Assembly: GCA_963719505.1 (NCBI GenBank)
Contig: CAVRCF010000002.1
Span: 256,001 to 320,000, forward strand
Origin: Halobacteriovoraceae bacterium
Lineage (GTDB): Bacteria > Bdellovibrionota > Bacteriovoracia > Bacteriovoracales > Bacteriovoracaceae
Reading direction: 5' to 3'
DNA: 64,000 nucleotides
A model generated the notes under the pieces. That model searched no databases and had not been told where the DNA came from. It saw only the letters and a program-made list of their open reading frames with translations. Made by a program: the position numbers and the translations under genes. Each line of letters begins with the position of its first letter. Within the stretch, counting starts at the first letter, position 1. Of this stretch, positions 40,286-50,955 are shown piece after piece.

Positions 40286-41149
40286 TTACTGTGACCAGAT
40301 ATTTAAAAATCTAAAGATCTCGTCATAAACTGTCTGACTTGTTTCATTCATATTCTTTTTATTGATAGCAACAGAGATTGTGTGGAGGCCTAATTTAAAA
40401 CTTGAAAACTCCTCATCTTGCACCATCATCCCTTTGGCCACACTTTGATAGGCCACCTTGGTAGGAATAAGACCCACTCCTAAGCCTGAATTGATAAGAC
40501 TTACGACTGTTTCAAGGTTTTCACAGATATGGTGATGAGGAAAACTTTTTAAGATGCTGGTGGTGTCTTGCTCAATACTTTGGGGAAAAAGAATAAGATG
40601 ATCTTTAAATTGTGGTGCTAGTGACTTACTTCTGTAAAAAGAGAAGTGATCTTCATAGACAACTTTGGAGATGATATTTTTATCCGTTATTGCTCCTACG
40701 TAAACGGCTAAATCAATCTCCATCTTCTTTAACTTTTTTATAATCTGAGCACTTCTGGTGGTGTAGAGGGAGAGTTCAAGGTCAGAACTTAAAGTTTTTA
40801 AATATTTGATGAAGTCAGGGAAAAAGTATCTTGAGATACTATCGTAAGTTCCAACGCTAATTTGTCCTTTGAGGCTCGTTTGTTGTGACTTTAAGGTAAA
40901 TTCAAACTTGTCTGTTTGATTGAGAAAATCCTTACTAAAGTCATAAACTCTCTGGCCTTCAGCGGTCATCTCAATCCCTTTTTGTGATCGAACAATGAGC
41001 TGGGTGCCAAGTATTTCTTCTAACTGTTTGATGACTTTAGTCATTTGAGGTTGGCCTATTTTAGCAGCTCGAGCACCTTGGCTAATGGAACCTTTTTCAA
41101 TAGCTAAAACATAGTAGTTCAGTTTTTCAATATGATCTCTCAGTCTCAC
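40286..41149 (-). CDS. LysR-family transcriptional regulator
   Basis: GSISQGA...IGQPQMTKVIKQLEEILGTQLIVR helix-turn-helix; 287 aa. Confidence 0.9.
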   Translation of the reverse strand: MRLRDHIEKLNYYVLAIEKGSISQGARAAKIGQPQMTKVIKQLEEILGTQLIVRSQKGIEMTAEGQRVYDFSKDFLNQTDKFEFTLKSQQTSLKGQISVGTYDSISRYFFPDFIKYLKTLSSDLELSLYTTRSAQIIKKLKKMEIDLAVYVGAITDKNIISKVVYEDHFSFYRSKSLAPQFKDHLILFPQSIEQDTTSILKSFPHHHICENLETVVSLINSGLGVGLIPTKVAYQSVAKGMMVQDEEFSSFKLGLHTISVAINKKNMNETSQTVYDEIFRFLNIWSQ

Positions 41150-41167
41150 ACAAGCCTTCTTTTTTGT

Positions 41168-41182
41168 ATTCGTTAAAAGAAT
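41168..41182. promoter_or_regulatory. Candidate LysR autoregulatory box
   Basis: ATTC-N7-GAAT dyad (T-N11-A) about 19 bp upstream of the LysR start. Confidence 0.45.
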
Positions 41183-41219
41183 GTACCTGTATCACTTTTA
41201 AAAGAGCATTAGCAATAAT

Positions 41220-41265
41220 AAAAAAAGATCGCTTAAATCTAAAACTTAGAGGCGATCATTTTTTT
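41220..41265. terminator. Intrinsic terminator downstream of the general stress protein gene
   Basis: A-run, GATCGC...GCGATC stem, T-run. Confidence 0.6.
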
Positions 41266-41276
41266 ATCATTTAATT

Positions 41277-41747
41277 TTAAAACGTTTCGTGTTCGGTCAC
41301 ATCAGGTGTTTTAGAGCTGTGAATCGATTTTTTCACTTCCTCTTTAAAAGTTTCTTTGTCGACCTTCCTGTCCCAGTGTTCTCCATGATCAACTTTCATC
41401 TCAATAAGAGCAACATTTTCTTCATCTTCATACCAAGCACTGGCGTAATCGTTCCAAAGTTTCGAAGTCAAATTGCTATTGGAAACAAGTTTTGCTTCCC
41501 CAGACATGGAAACAAACGTTCCATCTTTTGGGCAAGAAAATGTAATATTGGCACTTTTATGATCGCTCAAAAGAGCTGCTTGAGATGATTTTTTATTGGT
41601 GAAAAACCAAAGCTTGTTGTCGTAATCATTTTGAATGATCTGCATGGGTCTTGTGTCTAGATGAGTCTTATCTTGAATGGTTAACATCCCCACACCGATT
41701 GGATTAATTAAGTTCCAGATTTTTTCTTTGTGAGCTTTTGTTCCCAT
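41277..41747 (-). CDS. Pyridoxamine 5'-phosphate oxidase-like general stress protein
   Basis: GMLT...TRPM...LWFFT...FVSMSGEA...LWN..ASAWY pattern. Confidence 0.88.
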   Translation of the reverse strand: MGTKAHKEKIWNLINPIGVGMLTIQDKTHLDTRPMQIIQNDYDNKLWFFTNKKSSQAALLSDHKSANITFSCPKDGTFVSMSGEAKLVSNSNLTSKLWNDYASAWYEDEENVALIEMKVDHGEHWDRKVDKETFKEEVKKSIHSSKTPDVTEHETF

Positions 41748-41874
41748 TTTATTCTCCTTGGTTGTTTTAAGTTATTACAACCTTATAAGAGGACTGGGAG
41801 TGATTCAAGCCAACAGGTTAAATGTGTACAAAACTACGAAAGGTCTAAATTAAAGAAATATATCGATAGAGTTT

Positions 41875-42123
41875 TTATTGGGAGTCCAACCTAGGTCTAC
41901 CTTTTTTCGTCGATCTTTTCTGTTGTCTAAGCTTCCACCGTCTAAACCTTGATTCACCTAATTCTTTTAAGAGAAATTTTTCAACCTCTCCTGGAGTAAG
42001 GTCAAAGAGTTTTTTTATCTCAAGAAAAGAGACTTTGTCTTCAATAGACATTTTGACAAGTTTTTCTTTCTCTTTAAGACCGAGGCTGTCGATTTTTAAT
42101 TTTAACTCTTTTGATAAACCCAT
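41875..42123 (-). CDS. DUF2805/TIGR03643-like small protein
   Basis: MSIEDKVSF.EI...F.L...EV...FRRW pattern. Confidence 0.6.
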   Translation of the reverse strand: MGLSKELKLKIDSLGLKEKEKLVKMSIEDKVSFLEIKKLFDLTPGEVEKFLLKELGESRFRRWKLRQQKRSTKKGRPRLDSQ

Positions 42124-42163
42124 CCCTCAAATTAACATAGAGAAAGAGGCTTTGATATGGTGT

Positions 42164-43031
42164 CTAAGTTTTACTCAACAACGCACGGGCAAGTTTGTAG
42201 GAGCTGCAAAAAATAGCCCCTTTGTGATTCATAAAGGTTGAGTCCGCTCTATTTAAGTCTAAAGGTCTAAAATGGTAGTCGCTATTATGTCCGCCTGCTT
42301 CTGATTGGATGATGGAGCTGGCCGCAAAATCCCAAAGACTTCCACCGCCCAAAGTGCTCTTGGGGTGTTTGTAGTAAATTGCCGGTGCAAATTCAATTGT
42401 AGAGATGCCATTCATAACAGCGCCGCCCAGAGGATGGAGTTCTACTTGGTCTAGTCCGAAACTCTTCGCATTTTTTAAAAGCATCTGTCTTTGTTGTTCA
42501 TAATTTGAAAGTTTTAAAAAGCTTTGATCAAATAATAACGTAAGTGTGTGAGACTTCTCTTTTACCCTAAAAGGGGATGAGTTTTTGAAAGCGCCTTGAC
42601 CTTTTATCGCGTGATAAAGAGTCTCAGACCTAGGGTTGTAGACAACACCGATTACGGGCGTTCCATCTTTTGAAACCAAGGCAATAGATGTGCTGTACCC
42701 ATCTTGGTTTTGGCTAAAGGCCAAAGTACCATCGAGGGGATCGATGCACCAAAAATAGTCTTTTGACAATCTTGAGTTATCATCTGTACTTTCTTCAGTT
42801 AAAAGCCCGATGTCATATTTTTTTAAGAGTTGGTGTGAGTCCCTCTAAAATCGTGTTTTGAGCTTTTATATCAGTTTCAGTAACGACACAAGAAGCTAAA
42901 TTTTCACCCCCTTCTTTGGAATGCACTTGTACTTTTTGACCTTGCTTGAGACCTATAATCTTTCCAGCGTTAAGAGCCGCCGTTTTAGCGACTTCGCATA
43001 AAATAGTTAAATCATCATTTGATAAGATCAT
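42164..43031 (-). CDS. Inositol monophosphatase/CysQ family phosphatase, split by one extra A in an A7 run (~42820)
   Basis: VVTETD, LTEES, WCIDPLDGT and WDFAA motifs; removing one A gives LKKYDIGLLTEES. Confidence 0.88.
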
Positions 43032-43971
43032 TTAAAACCTTCTCCTTCATTTTTTCAGAATATGCATTTATTTTAGCATGATGAGGTGACCATCCTTTGA
43101 GAAATCGGTAGAAGTCGCACCATGCATAGGGATAGAGTTCTCTCCACTGGTCCTCTAGTTGCTGGCCATCGAGATGGGGATGAAAAAAAGAGAGCGCAGT
43201 TTTTAATTCTTCAAAGTAGACTTTAAGACAATCTTGGTCGCGATCAAAAAGTTCTGTCTCATAGTAAATACTACTAAGGAAATAAGCGAGATCTTTTACA
43301 CCCACTCCGGATCCGACGTATTGAAAATCGACAGCACTTACACTCGTTGATCCAAAGAGGAAGTTTGAAAGCTTTGCATCCCCGTGAACAATGGTCTGGT
43401 GTTTTGAGGATGAAAGTTTTTTATCAATTGAATAGGCGAGATCTTTGAGTTGTAAATCCTCCAGGACTTCTAACTCCTCAGGCCTTGTTTCAAGATGCCA
43501 GTAGGTTCCTGTGCTCCATAGATCATCATACTTTACTCCCATGTATTTTGCGTGAAAAGTGGCCAGCCATTTTAAACATAGCTTTACATCACTCCAGTCA
43601 AGAGAGTCTTTAGGGTGTTGATCACGATCTTTTAAATCTTCTAGGATCAAAAAATGAGAGTCATTAACTTCTCCCTTGCCGATTAACTGAGGGGAGTAGG
43701 CATGCTCAATAATCGTGTTGTGATTGGCGTACCAGTTCATCTCGACTTGGTAGGATTTGACCTTTCTTTGATGAGAGAGATTCGAATTCCAACCACGAGG
43801 ATGATCGAGATGATTGGGAAATTTAATTAATTTTAAAATAACAGACCGATCATCAAGGGTAAGTCTTTGAACAGTGCCGTATCCACTCCAAAGATTTTGT
43901 ATCAACTCTTGCTTTAAAATTTTTTGGCAACCAGTGAGTTTTAAGACCTCCGATTGAATATTTTTTTCCAT
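43015..43971 (-). CDS. APH/choline/ecdysteroid-kinase-like phosphotransferase
   Basis: LWSGYG, ILEDL, HGDAKLSNF and VDFQYVG motifs. Confidence 0.88.
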   Translation of the reverse strand: MEKNIQSEVLKLTGCQKILKQELIQNLWSGYGTVQRLTLDDRSVILKLIKFPNHLDHPRGWNSNLSHQRKVKSYQVEMNWYANHNTIIEHAYSPQLIGKGEVNDSHFLILEDLKDRDQHPKDSLDWSDVKLCLKWLATFHAKYMGVKYDDLWSTGTYWHLETRPEELEVLEDLQLKDLAYSIDKKLSSSKHQTIVHGDAKLSNFLFGSTSVSAVDFQYVGSGVGVKDLAYFLSSIYYETELFDRDQDCLKVYFEELKTALSFFHPHLDGQQLEDQWRELYPYAWCDFYRFLKGWSPHHAKINAYSEKMKEKVLNDLIK

Positions 43972-44070
43972 GGCCCAGCTTAATAAACTAAAGAACCAAA
44001 GGCCACAGCAAGGGCATCTTCAACCTTAAGAAAAAAGTGGTTAAAGTCTTTTTCATTTTATGAAATTTTC

Positions 44071-44098
44071 TTAAGAAAACGCCTGTAACTACCGATAA
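44071..44098 (+). promoter_or_regulatory. Sigma28 (FliA)-like promoter
   Basis: TTAAG-N15-ACCGATAA upstream of the large lipoprotein gene. Confidence 0.5.
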
Positions 44099-44287
44099 GT
44101 AGGTATATTTAAAGCCAGATTTTAGGCCAAAATGGCCAGTTAACTTGGCACTATGGTGAGGACTTCTTAAGAACGTTACGCCAGCTTTAAATTAAGTTAT
44201 GAATAAAATCAGATACTTATGATCTTTCTTAAGAAGAAAGACAAAAACTTAAGAAAACTAAAGGGAAGGGAGTTAAAATTAATTGAA

Positions 44288-46973
44288 ATGATTAGAACCT
44301 TAATTTTTATCCATTTTCTTATAGCTTTTAGCTCCTGTTCGAGTCCTTCGACTGAAGGGGATGATGGACTTATCACCGGTGGTGATACCAATATGGGAAC
44401 TATTTCTAAAATTGATGGGATCTATCTTTTAGAGCCACTTGTAAGTCCTGGTGCAGATCCAACTCCCTTAATTAATATCACAGGTGTCGCCTCTGGCGAT
44501 ACCGTTTCAGTTTTTAGCGATATTACATGTTCTACTTTGGTAACGTCTGAAATGGCGACGGGGGAGACGGTTGAAGTCTCTATTCCGACATTAACGATTG
44601 GAACGCATAGATTCTATGCCAAAAGAACAAAAGAGTCAGAGAGTAGAAGCTCAGACTGTTCCACTTTATTTTTAGACTACACTTTGGAAGGTATTTCAAT
44701 TACCGGCGTAGAGGATGATCTTACAGCTGCCATGAGCAAAACCTTCACATGGGGTTGTGCAGGAACCGCTTCGTGTGAGTATCGATTTGCTGTGAATACC
44801 AGTGAAACTTTTGAGTTCTCAACTGAAAGCTTTGATGCCACTACAACCACGACATACTCAAGTGGCTCCGGAGATTTTTATATTCATCTTCAAGCCCGCG
44901 ACTCAAGTGACAACACTATTGAAAGTGGAGTTTATAGTTATCAATTTGTTTTGGATAATACCTCTCCAGTCGTTACAGCGAACACTATTGCAGCTGGTAC
45001 TTATGGAGTTACAGATATGGTCGAAGTCAGTGTTAATTTTGACGAGAATATTCTCGTGACAGGAAGCCCTAGAATTCAATTAAATTTTGAAACTGAATCT
45101 GCTTCACCGACCTACGCCGTTTATGCAAGCGGTAGCGGATCACAGACACTTGTTTTTCAATACACTGTCGCTTTAGGTGACGAAGATACAAATAATATTT
45201 CAAGCCAAGCTTCAATTGATGTAAACGATGGGACTCTCACTGACGAATTAGGAAATGAACTCAACTATACTTTAGCGACAACAAGCTACAGTGATGCTTT
45301 TGTCGATGGAATCTCTCCAAGCATAATAAGTATAACAGTTCCGGCCAATACTTACTTCTTTGGGAGAAACGCTACCTATTACTGTGAATTACTCAGAAGC
45401 GGTTGTGGTTACTGGTGAACCAAGAATTGAATTAAACTTTGAATCACAGTCGAGTTCTCCCATTTTTGCCACATACGGGGCAGGCAGCGGAACAAGCTCT
45501 TTAACTTTTAATTATATTATCGCCAGTGGTGACTTTGATGCCAACGGAATTGATCTTGTCTCGACCATAGATTTAAACGGTGGCTCACTGGCTGATTCTG
45601 CTGGAAACAATGCGACGACAACCTTAACATCGACAAATTTCTCAAGTGTTTTAGTCGACTCACAAGCTCCCTACATAACCTCTTTTGTCGAGCCGGCCAA
45701 TGGAACTTACGCCAATGGGGGAGAGCTTTTATTTCAAGTCAACTTCTCTGAAGCCGTCACTATTAGTGGAACTCCAAAAATTGGTATTAACCTTGGCGGA
45801 TCAACTGTCTTTGCCACTTATCAATCGGGTTCAGGCAGTACGGGACTCGAGTTTAGCTATGCCATTGTTGCTGGAGACTCAGACAGTGATGGTATTACAC
45901 TCATAAGCACTAGTGTCGACGTAAGCACAGGTTCAATAACGGCAGTGAGCGATTCTAATCCTTCGGCACTAGACTTTCAAGCTTACCTAAACTCCATGAG
46001 TGGAGTCCTTATTGATACAAGTGGTACTATTACCGCTCCCGATCAGGTTATGGGGGTAACAACAGCTCCGACAACTGATAGTAGTGAGCTGAGGGTTTCT
46101 TGGTTAAAAGCAAATGGAAATGGCTTTGATATTATTAATTATAGTGTTCAATATCGTGAACAGGGAACGAGTACGTGGAATAGTTTAAATCCTAATCCAG
46201 TAAATAACTCGGCGACCATTAGTGGGCTCTCCGCTGGTGTGATTTATCAGATCAGAGTCGCAGCAAATAACGGACTTCTCGGTGCATACTCAGCGATATC
46301 AAATGCTGAGATTTTTGATATTCTTCAACTCAATCCTATCGCCTGGTTAAGTGCTACAGATATAACTAATGGTGGGAGTGAACCTTTAAACGATGAAAAA
46401 ATTGATCAGTGGGAAGACATTACGGGGGCTGCAAGTGCGGCAACAGAGACGAACCCAGCCAATCAGCCAGTTTACAAAACAAATGTTCAAAACGGTCTTC
46501 CAGGAGTTCGCTTTGATAATTTAGCGACGGGACTGCAGGGAACGTTTAATCGAAGTATAGGGACGGATTTAACTTTTGTTATCGTCGGTCAGTTCGATAC
46601 AGGCTCAAATGATAAATGTCTTTTTGAGTTCAGTAACGGTGGAAATGCCAGAGGATTTTTTATCGACAGAAGATATGCTAGTAACAACATGTTTTCTCCG
46701 GCTTTAACTCGAGGTGAATTTAAACTTTGGAGAATTCAAGATACAGGAACCACAGCGAAGGTAACCGAAAATGGAGTTACCGAGCTCTTTTCTGGTGGCA
46801 CAAACTTTAATACCGATTTCACTGGGACGGGTAGCTATACTCTTGGAGATGACCAAACAGGTGGAAATAGAATGAATGGCTTTATTGGAGAGTTTTTAAT
46901 TTTCGACAAAGCTCTTTCAGCTTCAGAGATTTCAAAGCTTGAAACCTACCTAAAAAATAAGTGGGGCCTTTAG
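44288..46973 (+). CDS. Large surface lipoprotein with Ig-like repeats, Fn3 and LamG/ConA-like C-terminus; one frameshift at ~45360
   Basis: Lipobox FSSC; three ~117-aa repeats (V.F.E.V...G.P.I...A.Y.SGSG...L.F.Y...GD.D); Fn3 W...YSVQYR...YQIRVAA; C-terminal GFIGEFLIFDKALS..EI..LE.YL..KWG. Confidence 0.8.
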
Positions 46974-48184
46974 TGGTTGAGTTTAAAATACTGACTTGTC
47001 ATCTCTTGTAGTTGGGGTGTCCACTGAGGTGAGAATCCATTCATAAGAGCTTTTTTTCTTAAGTCTACAATAATCGGTAACAGCTTTGTTTGAAGCTTTC
47101 TGTAGTACTTATTTTTAAACTGATTATTATAAGCAAAAAACTCCTCCATAATTTTACTTTCCCAAAGTTCAAAAAAGATAAGAGGAGACACACTGGTTGG
47201 CAGGTTTGAAAACAAGTGTTGGGTGTGTTCTGGAGAGTTGGAGTTGAGGAGGCTAGAAACCCACAGGGTTAGCTCTTCTCCTAGGCTTCGGGACTCTAAG
47301 TCAATTTTTGCTCTTTCAAATCTATCCGTAAGCTCATCTGTTTGGCCAAGCTTGAGAAGTTCATCAAGGATTAATTTGGCTTTAAGTTGTTTATTAATCT
47401 TAGCTTCTTTTATGAGCTTCAGTCTTGTTGTTTTAATTTCATTTTTTCGCATAAAGATCATGAGGTTTTTATAGTCGAGTCTATTTCGATACAGTCCAAC
47501 GATCTTTAAAGTGTCGTTAAAAATATTACTGGGTTTTACAATATAATTTTCTTCATCCAAAGTGTATGAGATGTCATTACTTCCCTTCTTTAGTTTGAGC
47601 TCTTTTTTTACTTTTCTTTCTGAGTCTTTCCACTTTCTATAAAGGACTTTGTTGTTAAAAAGTCTTTTCATCTTTATTGTTTTTGCGATATTTTTAATAC
47701 CAATGATTATAGCTGGTATTAGTATTCCCGGCTGTAAAACCTCATACAAAACGATGAGGACTGGAGAACCAATACTAACGGCCAAAGCTTTCATCGGAAT
47801 TTCTGTGATCTCTATAGTCATAATAATAATAGAGATGGCCAATCCATTTTTCCGGCTAAGAATTTTAGCTTCTTCTTTTATATGGTGAACCATCTCTTTG
47901 ACTTTTTCCCAGGCTGAGCTTTTTTGGTAATGAGAATTTGATTCTATGTCGGCCATAATTTTTTGGGCCAGGGAGTCGATGATAGCATCGTTATACTTTG
48001 GATCGATACTGTCTTCAATTCCTTTGATACTCTCGTATTGTTTATGAAGAATCTCGTTTTGAAGTTTTATTCTCTCAAGGCTCAAGAGGAGATCGTCATC
48101 AATTGGAGCATGAGAATAACTACCAGCAAAACTAGATGAGATAAGCGATAGGAATAAGGCCAACTTGATAAAAATATTTAACAT
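46970..48184 (-). CDS. Hypothetical membrane-associated protein
   Basis: 404-aa ORF with signal peptide and central hydrophobic segments. Confidence 0.7.
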   Translation of the reverse strand: MLNIFIKLALFLSLISSSFAGSYSHAPIDDDLLLSLERIKLQNEILHKQYESIKGIEDSIDPKYNDAIIDSLAQKIMADIESNSHYQKSSAWEKVKEMVHHIKEEAKILSRKNGLAISIIIMTIEITEIPMKALAVSIGSPVLIVLYEVLQPGILIPAIIIGIKNIAKTIKMKRLFNNKVLYRKWKDSERKVKKELKLKKGSNDISYTLDEENYIVKPSNIFNDTLKIVGLYRNRLDYKNLMIFMRKNEIKTTRLKLIKEAKINKQLKAKLILDELLKLGQTDELTDRFERAKIDLESRSLGEELTLWVSSLLNSNSPEHTQHLFSNLPTSVSPLIFFELWESKIMEEFFAYNNQFKNKYYRKLQTKLLPIIVDLRKKALMNGFSPQWTPQLQEMTSQYFKLNH

Positions 48185-48327
48185 AAAACAAATCTAATGC
48201 TTTGCGTTAAAATAGAGAAGCTATTTACCCTAGGCGTGTAAAAAGTACTGACTTCTGTTGCCCATTCAATAATGATTTTAAGGGGTTGTGTACATATAAT
48301 AAAAAAATAGAGTATATACTTGGGGTT

Positions 48328-49461
48328 ATGATGATCGAATGTGAAGCTTTTAATTCTAACAGGTGCAAATCTTGTGACCTTATAAAACTCCCCTATGAAA
48401 GTGGGCTCCAATCTAAAATAAAGGACTTGTCCTCGCTTTTTGAAGGTGTAGAGATTCTTGCTCCTATCAAATCCAGTATGCTCAAGGAGTACAGAAATAA
48501 AGCCAAGTTCGTTATTGGTGGAACCTTAGATGAACCTATAATTGGAATTCCAAGTCCCATCAATAAGAAGTCTATCTCAGCCCTTCTAGATTGTCCTTTG
48601 CACTCAAATAAAATGAATGAGATTGCCACTTTTATCAAAGAAAATATTAAAACTTTTGGACTCACTCCTTATGATATCCAACAAAGAGCGGGAGAGTTTA
48701 AGTATCTTTTTATTTCCGAAGGACATAAAACAGGACAGATAAGTTTGAGGTTTGGAATGAGAAGTATGGAGAGTTTTGAGAGAGTGAAAAAACTCTTTCA
48801 CTCTTTGAAGACCAAGTACCCCAAAATTGAAGTATGCTCGTTTGAGATTCAACCTAAGCATGCGGCTCTTTTTGAAGGGGAGCAGAGGCTTCTTACAACT
48901 TCCAAATATATTCAACACGACCTAACACAGATGCAGCTTTCATCTTCAACCACCAATTTTTTCCAGGTTAACGCTCCAGTTGCTCAAAAACTTTATGAAA
49001 CTGTTTTTACAAAATTTAAAGATGAGGGCATTAGTATAGGAGTTGATCTTTTTTGTGGTGTTGGCGGGTTTGCACAGCAAATTTCACGTTTTTGCAAAAA
49101 GGTATATGCTATAGAGATCAACCAAGTGGCCATTGACTGCGCTAGGTTTTCGTTAGAAATAAATAAGATTCAAAATATAGAGTTTATTTGTGACGATGCT
49201 AATAACTTCCAAGATCATATAAAAGATAAAGTTGACCTTCTTGTCGTTAATCCTCCTCGAAGAGGAGTGGGGAAAGACTTGTGCCAAACCATCATTAAAA
49301 TAGATCCTCAATTTATCGTCTACTCTTCTTGTCACGCCAAAAATCTAGCGACAGATATTGAAACACTTAAAAACCATTACCAGATCGAGTCCCTCACTCC
49401 GGTCGATATGTTTCCTTTGACGAAGCATTTAGAGGTTTTATGTATTCTAAAAAGAAGATAA
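48328..49461 (+). CDS. rlmC: 23S rRNA (uracil-C5)-methyltransferase, RlmC/RumB-like (no TRAM domain)
   Basis: Fe-S Cys cluster C..RCKSC; RNKAK, FFQVN, DLFCGVGGF, VNPPRRG, YSSC and DMFP.T.H.E motifs. Confidence 0.85.
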   Translation: MMIECEAFNSNRCKSCDLIKLPYESGLQSKIKDLSSLFEGVEILAPIKSSMLKEYRNKAKFVIGGTLDEPIIGIPSPINKKSISALLDCPLHSNKMNEIATFIKENIKTFGLTPYDIQQRAGEFKYLFISEGHKTGQISLRFGMRSMESFERVKKLFHSLKTKYPKIEVCSFEIQPKHAALFEGEQRLLTTSKYIQHDLTQMQLSSSTTNFFQVNAPVAQKLYETVFTKFKDEGISIGVDLFCGVGGFAQQISRFCKKVYAIEINQVAIDCARFSLEINKIQNIEFICDDANNFQDHIKDKVDLLVVNPPRRGVGKDLCQTIIKIDPQFIVYSSCHAKNLATDIETLKNHYQIESLTPVDMFPLTKHLEVLCILKRR

Positions 49462-49469
49462 ATCTCTCT

Positions 49470-49494
49470 TTTCGCCTTTAAAAGGCAAAATTTT
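49470..49494 (+). terminator. Probable terminator after the methyltransferase
   Basis: GCCTTT/AAAGGC inverted repeat with T/A flanks. Confidence 0.45.
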
Positions 49495-49580
49495 CCCATC
49501 CTCATCCAAATAGAGTAGTAATTGCCGAATATGAAGAAAACTTAATTTCCAGTATTCTTATAGGGATAGGAAGTTAACAT

Positions 49581-50183
49581 ATGAAAAAAGTCCATTTTTT
49601 ACTATTTTTATTATTTGTCGGATGTGGTCATGGCAAATTGGAATTTCAATCTTTTCCTGAGAAGGCTGATGTCTCTTTCGTAGAACGAGACGGGCAGGTT
49701 AAAAAGCTTGGTCAAACACCCTTAGACCTTAAGATGGAAGACGACTTCTTTAGAGACGGTGCGGTAAAGCTTATCTTTTCTAAAGTTGGTTATAGGGATG
49801 AAGTTGTTTATTTAACCAAGCCAGCTCTTCAGTCTAATGTGAAAATTTCCACAAAGATGCAAGAAGCCGGAAGTGCCAAAGAAATTATTTCAAATCAAAG
49901 GTTGGAGGAACTTTCAAATAAAATAGCTGAAGCTCAAAGATTTAGTTTTGGAAAAAACTATAAAAGAGCTGAGACGATTTTAATAAAAGTTATTGATGAC
50001 TTTCCAGACGTCAGTGTTCCTTATGATCTTTTAGCAAATATTTACTATTTATCTAATCAGACTAATAAAGCTTTGTACTTTTATGAAAAGGCAAAGGGGA
50101 TTGCTCCGGGCAACCCTCAAAGAGACTATTTAATTAATAAGCTGAAACGCGTTGATGGAAGCTTAGAGGACACGCAACTATGA
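49581..50183 (+). CDS. Lipoprotein with PEGA-like domain and TPR repeats
   Basis: Lipobox FVGC; SFPEKADV...LGQTPL...FSKVGY; TPR PYDLLANIYY...KALYFYEKA. Confidence 0.8.
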   Translation: MKKVHFLLFLLFVGCGHGKLEFQSFPEKADVSFVERDGQVKKLGQTPLDLKMEDDFFRDGAVKLIFSKVGYRDEVVYLTKPALQSNVKISTKMQEAGSAKEIISNQRLEELSNKIAEAQRFSFGKNYKRAETILIKVIDDFPDVSVPYDLLANIYYLSNQTNKALYFYEKAKGIAPGNPQRDYLINKLKRVDGSLEDTQL

Positions 50184-50953
50184 AAATCATTTTAGGTTTT
50201 TTCATTATCTCAACCGGCTTTTATATAGCTTTGGATCACTTAAATCAAAGTATTGGTCAGTTTTGGGACGTCATTGCTTTTGCAATGGTTGTCTTTGGAA
50301 CGGTAGCCGTTAGTGTTATGACGATGCCTTCTTTAAAGATTAGACATACCCTTAATATATTTCTCAAAGGTGTTGGAAATAACCACGGTCTCAGAGAAGA
50401 CTGTATTCAAAACTCTTTAAATCTGATTAAAGGTCATGAGCCAAGTGGTGATATTAAGAGAATAGATCAAAAGATTTTAGTCGATGGTCTTGAACTTTTA
50501 CGTTTGGGATTTTCAACTGAAAAAATTCAAGACATCCTCGTCGAAAGAATTGAAAAGTACACCGATGATAGCGTTACAGTGGCTCAGTGGATTAGAGGTT
50601 TATCAAAGTATCCACCAGCTTTTGGTCTTGCAGGAACGGTCATTGGGCTTATCCACCTTATGCAAGGTTTGAGTGAAGGTGCTGACCCAAAAGAGTCTGG
50701 TATAAGAATGGCCGTTGCGCTGGTCGCAACTTTCTATGGAATTGTCATGGCCAATATTTTGATCAACCCAGTTGGGGACAGAATGATGAGTAATATAAAA
50801 GAGGACCAAAACTTAGCAGAAATTTCTTTAAATGCGATTGTTATGATTAGTCAGAGAACAAACTATGTCGAGGCAATGGAGCAGATGAACAACCATGTAC
50901 CAAACCAGCATAAGAAGCTTAGCTTCAATTATGGTGCACTTGAGGCTTCATAG
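50180..50953 (+). CDS. motA: MotA/PomA-family stator subunit
   Basis: VVFGT, DGLELL, PPAFGLAGTVIGLI and MAVALVATFYGIVMAN...P motifs; ATGA overlap with upstream gene. Confidence 0.88.
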   Translation: MKIILGFFIISTGFYIALDHLNQSIGQFWDVIAFAMVVFGTVAVSVMTMPSLKIRHTLNIFLKGVGNNHGLREDCIQNSLNLIKGHEPSGDIKRIDQKILVDGLELLRLGFSTEKIQDILVERIEKYTDDSVTVAQWIRGLSKYPPAFGLAGTVIGLIHLMQGLSEGADPKESGIRMAVALVATFYGIVMANILINPVGDRMMSNIKEDQNLAEISLNAIVMISQRTNYVEAMEQMNNHVPNQHKKLSFNYGALEAS

Positions 50954-50955
50954 AT

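Noticed and set aside
42810-45365. Programmed frameshifting or phase variation at ~42820 and ~45360 (also ~3905)
   Set aside because: Runs are short (A7, T3, C4) and similar indels occur elsewhere in the window; sequencing error is simpler, though reads are needed to exclude it
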